DNA of 64,000 bases, from positions 1 to 64,000 of IMG/VR virus record IMGVR_UViG_3300010282_000004. One strand, 5' to 3'. Positions within the stretch are counted from its first letter, which is position 1. Every line of letters starts with the position of its first letter. Under the pieces are notes generated by a model. The model saw only the letters and a list, made by a program, of their open reading frames with translations, was not told the origin of the DNA and did no database searches. The translations under genes and the position numbers were made by a program. Positions 58,038 through 64,000 of the stretch are shown here, piece by piece. The stretch is from a virus. Taxonomy: Duplodnaviria > Caudoviricetes.

Positions 58038-61000
58038 GTACCTATTATATGAACGAACTTGATAGAGAACTACTCTCCCAACCTGAAAAGATAATCTCTG
58101 TCAGAATGGAACTGTTAAACTCTGACGGTAGTATGATTCAGTCGTTAGATGCTTCTCTTATTAGTATATCATTATCTATTGATGCGGACTCTGAAATACG
58201 AAGAACCGGTACTATTAATATTATTCCAGAGTTTGATGGTTATGAAATCACTTCAGAGTCTAAAACTTGGATTGATAGAATGGTTCGTGTTTATCTTAAA
58301 TATTATAGCAATGTAAAGAATGAAGAAGCTGAATATTGCATGGGTACTTTTTTGATTGATACAAAAACATTTACTTTGGACGAAACAAATGATTCTTTGT
58401 CAGTTACACTTGTCGATCTCATGGCTAAACTTGATGGTACATATGGTGGAGAACTTGGTCAGGAAGAAGTTGTTATTCCTATGGAAGAACCTGTGTTTGA
58501 TGATGATGGGAATCCTGTTCCTAAGAGAGATGAACAAGGAAATATTATCTATCAAACCGATGAGGATGGTAATCCTATTATAGATCCTGACACAGGAGAA
58601 CCTATTCCAGAACAAGCAACAAAACCTACTACTATTCGTGATGCTATGATTAAAACAATAGCTCTTGCTGGTATTAAAGAATATATTATAGATGACATTG
58701 GTGCTTATGATAGAGAGCATATGAAAGATAATTACACAAGATACTTTGATTATGCTCAATTAATTGATGAAAGCAATTGGAATTATTACACCCAGTATGA
58801 GTACAAAGGTGCTTATGGAGATGATTACGAGCAGTGTACATACGACTTTCCATATTTACAATATGGAGTAATGGATGATGGTGTTGATTATAGACAAAAA
58901 GTTGTATTGAGATTCAATACTTATGACAATCAGGGCAACTACTACTCTTATACAGAACCAATGTGTAGAAGAGGATTTGATAGACCATATGCATTTTATT
59001 ATAATGATGACCATCATCTCGTATTGGAAAGGCAAAGTGATTTAGATGCAGATGGTATATTAAGAGAGTTTGATGAAGTATATGGTGATGAATATAGTGG
59101 TAATATTTATGACAGTGTATTGTCTGCATATGTTGACAATATTGATGAATGTATAGAAAAATATAATGTGTCGCACGTAGACGTATTTAAAAACTACAAT
59201 AAACCATTAGGAAATCCAAGTGATCCACCAGACTTAATTTGTTATCATATAATTCTTTATCACAATAGTGGTAACAGATTGGTAATTGGAGAAGCAGGAA
59301 GTAACCAAGAAATACATTGTTCAAGTAAGGGTGGTATGTCTGAGATTATTTTAAATATGGATAAGGAAAACCCTACTTGTAGCAGTAGCAGTGGATCTTT
59401 TTCAGAGATGTGTCATAATAATTATTTCCCACAACTCAATAACAGACCACCTATGCCAAATCCTGAGACAGAGCCGGAAGAATATAGTGAATGGGCTGAA
59501 GAATGGACTCCACACATATTGCATGTTACTGGTGTGACAAGTCATATTTATGTTACAAATTTTATATGTAATAAATATCATACAACAGATGGTGTAATAG
59601 CATTTGACAATACATGTATGTGTTGTCCGTCAGAGAATGGTGAATATACTCATTTACCATCTGGCGCACAAAACATGCAAATAATAAATGATTTTGCACA
59701 ATATTCAAATACATATTGCTCATTCCCAATATTTGATTCAAAGGAACATGCAGATGCTTTCTTGGAGACTGGTGCAACAGAAGGTATTTTAAATCAAGGT
59801 AAAACATACAATGATATAGAACTTAGATATTCGGTAGATCAACCGTTTGAGCTTATATATTATCAAGGAGATACTGTTGACGATTCTACTTTTTATTATA
59901 TCTATGCGGTATCAAATGACTTGAATCACGATGTTACTGCTCGTGTTAGAAGAATTACTAATGTAAAGCGGTTATCAGATGATGTGGTTGTAGATTATGT
60001 AGAAGATATTGTCGAAGGTAATGCATATCAACGTGGTACTTATTTCCCATATGATTCTATGGGGCATGAGTATATTGGATTAGAACCATTTGTTACTGTA
60101 AGGAATCTTGAAGATAAGAAACCTTGGATATTAAATAACCTAAAAATGTTTGATAGCGTTGATCATGTTGTTGGTTACATTACATATGGCAAAGAAGATG
60201 GAATGACAGATCCGTTCGCAAAGAAAGATAATGTAATACCTTATGATATCAAAATTGATGGTGGTACATGTGTGCTTGACATTGTAAAAGAACTTAGAGA
60301 TTTGTATCCTGGATATGAAACATATTTCGATCCGAATGGTGTATTTCACTGCCATCTCATTCCAACTTGTGCCGATGACGATTATACATTGAAAGCAAAA
60401 GATTTTGAAGAAGAGATTGCTATTTATTCTGAGCAACGCAACTATGCTTATTCAAGTGTAAAGAATGTAGTTCAAGTGTATGGTGAGGAATATGAGGATA
60501 TTGATTGGTATGCAGATGAAAGTAATTCTGCATATGAAGAAGGTACTTGTACACTTCGAGTAGATTTTACAAAAGAAAAGTTCAGAGGATATGAAGACGG
60601 TATGTTACTAGCCATTAAACTTCAGGAAGCTAATCCACCCGGTTTTCATATAAGGTGTGTTGGTCTTCCACCTGTTAACACTGAGAATCCTACTACTCCT
60701 TCCAATAGTGAAGAGGAAGAGCCATATGCATATGGGCCTGTTAGAGTTATGTATTCTGTAGATGAAAATAAGAAACTTGAAAAAGGATATCTTCTTAAGG
60801 ATGTCGTTTATATCCTTACGTACAAGAAAGGTAACTTCGAATATGTAAGTTCGTTCCAGCCAAAAGGATTGGCAATACTACTCTCTCATGATATCCCCAA
60901 TGAAGAAAAAAAGAAATGGTGTGAAAAGTACAATGTTTCAGATGCATCATTTGTTATCGATCAAGATAATCCTTTTACAACCGATTGTATTAATATCCAC

Positions 61001-61330
61001 TACACAAAGAATGTAGAAACGAAGGATATGCAGATTATAAGAAGTGATGAGGAAGCATTAGCATTTGCAGAGTATGAACTTTGGAGAATGGGCAGACTTC
61101 CAAACACTATTACATTATCAACAGATGTTGTTCCATTCTTGGATGTCAATCAAAAGATTGAATATAAGCATATAAGATCAGGAGAAACATTTGCTTATAT
61201 TACAAAAAATATTTCAATAGATATCTCAGAAACATCAGCACAGGCTAGTATTACTGCCACTACTTTCAATAGTCTATATCCTGAGATAATCGGCAATCCA
61301 AACAGATATAGGCACGAAGGAGGTGTATAA
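58034..61330 (+). CDS. Baseplate hub/tail-tip protein with large central insertion
   Basis: SIDADSEIRRT...L.DLMAKLDGT N-terminus, P.LDVNQKIEY...I..IS C-terminus; DxDGN repeats. Confidence 0.65.
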   Translation: MSTYYMNELDRELLSQPEKIISVRMELLNSDGSMIQSLDASLISISLSIDADSEIRRTGTINIIPEFDGYEITSESKTWIDRMVRVYLKYYSNVKNEEAEYCMGTFLIDTKTFTLDETNDSLSVTLVDLMAKLDGTYGGELGQEEVVIPMEEPVFDDDGNPVPKRDEQGNIIYQTDEDGNPIIDPDTGEPIPEQATKPTTIRDAMIKTIALAGIKEYIIDDIGAYDREHMKDNYTRYFDYAQLIDESNWNYYTQYEYKGAYGDDYEQCTYDFPYLQYGVMDDGVDYRQKVVLRFNTYDNQGNYYSYTEPMCRRGFDRPYAFYYNDDHHLVLERQSDLDADGILREFDEVYGDEYSGNIYDSVLSAYVDNIDECIEKYNVSHVDVFKNYNKPLGNPSDPPDLICYHIILYHNSGNRLVIGEAGSNQEIHCSSKGGMSEIILNMDKENPTCSSSSGSFSEMCHNNYFPQLNNRPPMPNPETEPEEYSEWAEEWTPHILHVTGVTSHIYVTNFICNKYHTTDGVIAFDNTCMCCPSENGEYTHLPSGAQNMQIINDFAQYSNTYCSFPIFDSKEHADAFLETGATEGILNQGKTYNDIELRYSVDQPFELIYYQGDTVDDSTFYYIYAVSNDLNHDVTARVRRITNVKRLSDDVVVDYVEDIVEGNAYQRGTYFPYDSMGHEYIGLEPFVTVRNLEDKKPWILNNLKMFDSVDHVVGYITYGKEDGMTDPFAKKDNVIPYDIKIDGGTCVLDIVKELRDLYPGYETYFDPNGVFHCHLIPTCADDDYTLKAKDFEEEIAIYSEQRNYAYSSVKNVVQVYGEEYEDIDWYADESNSAYEEGTCTLRVDFTKEKFRGYEDGMLLAIKLQEANPPGFHIRCVGLPPVNTENPTTPSNSEEEEPYAYGPVRVMYSVDENKKLEKGYLLKDVVYILTYKKGNFEYVSSFQPKGLAILLSHDIPNEEKKKWCEKYNVSDASFVIDQDNPFTTDCINIHYTKNVETKDMQIIRSDEEALAFAEYELWRMGRLPNTITLSTDVVPFLDVNQKIEYKHIRSGETFAYITKNISIDISETSAQASITATTFNSLYPEIIGNPNRYRHEGGV

Positions 61331-61333
61331 TGA

Positions 61334-63037
61334 ATGGCTGAAGCTCACGTATCAAGTTATGATAACTTAAAAGAAATATTTACCGGACATAAACAGAAGT
61401 TGCTAAACTTCTTTGCTAAGAGAAGTATTTATGGTGATAATAAGGTCTTCATGAGTGGGAATGACGAAACATATAAAAATAATAGATTTATTTATAGTTG
61501 GTACACTCCTAACGGAAGTGACTTAAATAGACTTAGTGGTACATCAGTGTTAATTGGTGGCTATAATAAATTTAATTATAATACGACATATGAAAACGCT
61601 ACCTATGAATTGCATGTAATAGGGTCTTATAACGAAGGTATACAACAATCATTAAATAATACATATATATACGGAAGTTATAATAAAGTTAGTGGTGCAA
61701 CAAACTCTATGTTTCTTGGTAGATCAAACCAATCACTGTGTACGGAAGACTCATATACAAATGGATTTGGTCAGAATGGAATAAATATTATTGGTAATAG
61801 TAATAAAATAAGTGGTAATCAATATAAAGCAATAGATACTGGTGGAATGTTTGGTAATGAAAATGAGTTATTATTAAACAAAACACAATATACGAATTAT
61901 GGTTTCCTTCAATATTGCTATTTGCTTGGATATCAAAACAAGATAAATATTTCATCACCGGGTTCTAATAGTGGATATAACTTACAGAATCTTTATATAA
62001 ACGGTCTTTATAATACATATAAACTTTCCAATAATAGTGGAATAATTCAAGGTGGTGCTGATGTATTACTTAGTGGTAATTCAAATGAAGTATATGATGC
62101 TAAAGACGTTGGATTGTATGGCAGGTCAAATAAAGTAGGCGAGGAAAATACTGGTTATACTTGTACATGTATTCACGCATTTGGTGTAGCCAATAAGGTC
62201 GGAGATTCAAGTGTTCCAACAACTACTAATGAACAATATCTGTTTATGTATGGAGAAGGAAATAAATTTTACAACTCAACAAACTCTTCTATGTTCGGTA
62301 GATTTAATGTAGGATATAATACACAAAACTCTTCTTTGTTTGGAATGGACAATAGGACTATGTCATCTTCATCGTACTGTACATTAGTTGGCTATAATAA
62401 CAGATTAAATGATGGTGCTGAGTTAGGACAATCTCCTATTACAACACATACTTATATTTTTGGTGAAGAGAATAACGTGTTAGATTCGGAATATGATTTG
62501 TTATTAGGAAGATATTTATCTAGTGAGTATGACGACCAAGTTATTATTGGTAACTGTAATGAGAATAGTAACGACAATTATTTTGAATTTGGTAACGGCA
62601 CTGATGATGAACACAGGCACAACGTTGCAGTTATTACAAGATCCGGTGATTTAATTCTCAATGATGGTGACGTTATAAACGAAGATGGTGAAAGCCTTAC
62701 TACTCTTAGAACAGATATCGATTTGCTTGATGGTAGAGTTGAAACTCTTGAGGGTAAAGTCGAAGACCTTGAAGATGCGGTTGACAATATTGAAGATGAT
62801 GTCGAAGCACTTGAAACAAGAGTTGGGAATGATGAAACGGATATTGAAACACTACAAGGTCAGGTTAGAGATTTGACATTGGCTTTGGCTGATGCTTTAT
62901 CAAGAATCACAGAACTTGAGAATATTGTAATGAACGAAAAGACAAACCATGTACAGTTGTATACCGAAGATGGTGATACAAGAATTACTGAAGATGGTGA
63001 TAATAAGTTTACAGAGGAGGTATTCACGAATGGCTAA
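61334..63037 (+). CDS. Tail fibre/receptor-binding protein with G..N beta-roll repeats and coiled coil
   Basis: More than 15 IG..N/FG..N repeats, neck-like FEFGNG...R.N, heptad coiled coil. Confidence 0.7.
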   Translation: MAEAHVSSYDNLKEIFTGHKQKLLNFFAKRSIYGDNKVFMSGNDETYKNNRFIYSWYTPNGSDLNRLSGTSVLIGGYNKFNYNTTYENATYELHVIGSYNEGIQQSLNNTYIYGSYNKVSGATNSMFLGRSNQSLCTEDSYTNGFGQNGINIIGNSNKISGNQYKAIDTGGMFGNENELLLNKTQYTNYGFLQYCYLLGYQNKINISSPGSNSGYNLQNLYINGLYNTYKLSNNSGIIQGGADVLLSGNSNEVYDAKDVGLYGRSNKVGEENTGYTCTCIHAFGVANKVGDSSVPTTTNEQYLFMYGEGNKFYNSTNSSMFGRFNVGYNTQNSSLFGMDNRTMSSSSYCTLVGYNNRLNDGAELGQSPITTHTYIFGEENNVLDSEYDLLLGRYLSSEYDDQVIIGNCNENSNDNYFEFGNGTDDEHRHNVAVITRSGDLILNDGDVINEDGESLTTLRTDIDLLDGRVETLEGKVEDLEDAVDNIEDDVEALETRVGNDETDIETLQGQVRDLTLALADALSRITELENIVMNEKTNHVQLYTEDGDTRITEDGDNKFTEEVFTNG

Positions 63038-64000
63038 CGTAAGTTTATCTCAGTTGACATCTGTACAGAGTAATGTTGGTACAGACTTACTTGAGATTTC
63101 AAAAGAGGATCAAAATTCGGTAAGTGGTTATGTCAGTAGAAAGACTACTGCGGCCAATCTTGCCGACTATGCAAATACAACTAAAACATATTCAGGATTA
63201 TCTACTACAAGTCAGACTATTGTTGGTAGCCTTAACGAGTGTTTTCAATCTGTCAGTAATGGAAAAAGTTTGATCGCAACCGCCATTACTGACAAAGGTG
63301 TGCAAACGGCTGCGACAGATTCTTTTGCTGATATGGCTACTAATATTGGATTGATAAGTGGTGGCGGTATCACTCCTACCGGGACAATTAATATATCTAC
63401 CAATGGAGTTTATGATGTAACTCAGTATGCTAGTGCTAATGTAAGTGTATCTGGTGGCGGTGGATATCCTAGTAGAACTGTTACATTTAATGCAAGTAGT
63501 GTTGAAACAATGCCAGTTACAATATCAGCAATGTATTTTAAAAATGGTGGGAGAACCATTTCTATAAACATTAATGGAACTACTACTACTCATACTGCAA
63601 TTGTTGACTCTGGTATAAGCGAAAGCGAAGAATATTATACGACAATGACGACTGTTGTTGGAACTAATACTGTTACATTATCTTGTCAATCAAATGACAT
63701 TTACTTCTTAGGTTTTTCAGCTGGTATATCAGAACTGCCAGCATTGGATGATTCCAATAGTGTTCCTGGACAAACTGCAAACACGTATATCTCAACAGTT
63801 GGTTTAGACCAATATATTACTTCTGCTAGTAGTATGCTTGGTGATTATAAAACATATAGACCATTTGATAGAAGTGGTTCTACCGGGCAAGATGCAGGTT
63901 GGCATCCTCAATCTGGTGCGCCTCAGTGGTTACAGTTGCAACTTCCTAGCGCAATGGCAATTTCAGAATTTACTATGAAAAATAGAAGTGGTTATATTGA
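63030..64000 (+). CDS. Tail fibre/adhesin, truncated by the window end; begins an F5/8-type-C (CBM32-like) domain
   Basis: RBS gaggagg, ATG 63030, open to the end (MANVSLSQL...TIVGSLNE...SASS...RPFD...W...QWLQ). Confidence 0.7.
   Translation, partial: MANVSLSQLTSVQSNVGTDLLEISKEDQNSVSGYVSRKTTAANLADYANTTKTYSGLSTTSQTIVGSLNECFQSVSNGKSLIATAITDKGVQTAATDSFADMATNIGLISGGGITPTGTINISTNGVYDVTQYASANVSVSGGGGYPSRTVTFNASSVETMPVTISAMYFKNGGRTISININGTTTTHTAIVDSGISESEEYYTTMTTVVGTNTVTLSCQSNDIYFLGFSAGISELPALDDSNSVPGQTANTYISTVGLDQYITSASSMLGDYKTYRPFDRSGSTGQDAGWHPQSGAPQWLQLQLPSAMAISEFTMKNRSGYI

Noticed and set aside
1-64000. Stop-codon reassignment, integrase, diversity-generating retroelement, introns/inteins
   Set aside because: Genes are full length in the standard code with TAA, TAG and TGA all used as stops. 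No recombinase or reverse transcriptase motifs were seen, and terminase, RNAP and capsid genes look uninterrupted.

Overview
A 64-kb segment of a large, low-GC tailed phage that probably infects a Firmicutes (Clostridia-like) host; the host is inferred. Gene content and order follow the Bacillus SPbeta yonO-yom late operon, and essentially all real genes are on the + strand. From left to right: (i) a gene-free, strongly G-poor left end with DnaA boxes, a 100-nt hairpin, phased iteron-like repeats and a wHTH initiator-like gene (putative origin/terminus); (ii) a YonO-like single-subunit RNA polymerase; (iii) two aberrant tRNA-like genes, PIN-PhoH, ClpP-like protease, metallophosphoesterase and HU; (iv) an inserted island with tandem RNA pseudoknots, a six-gene Cys/Gly/Gln-rich cassette, tRNA-Pro, a beta-helix protein and tRNA-Thr; (v) terminase, portal, prohead protease/scaffold, capsid, neck and tail-tube genes; (vi) IscS-like cysteine desulfurase, endolysin/holin, RuvC, a sigma-A-type moron and an orphan paeninodin-type lasso peptide precursor; (vii) a 6257-aa tape measure protein and baseplate/fibre genes, the last truncated by the window end. 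The best candidates for undescribed biology are the six-gene cassette with its pseudoknotted leader, the orphan lasso precursor and the pair of tRNA-like genes with complementary defects. All family assignments come from motif recognition and synteny by eye; no database searches were run.
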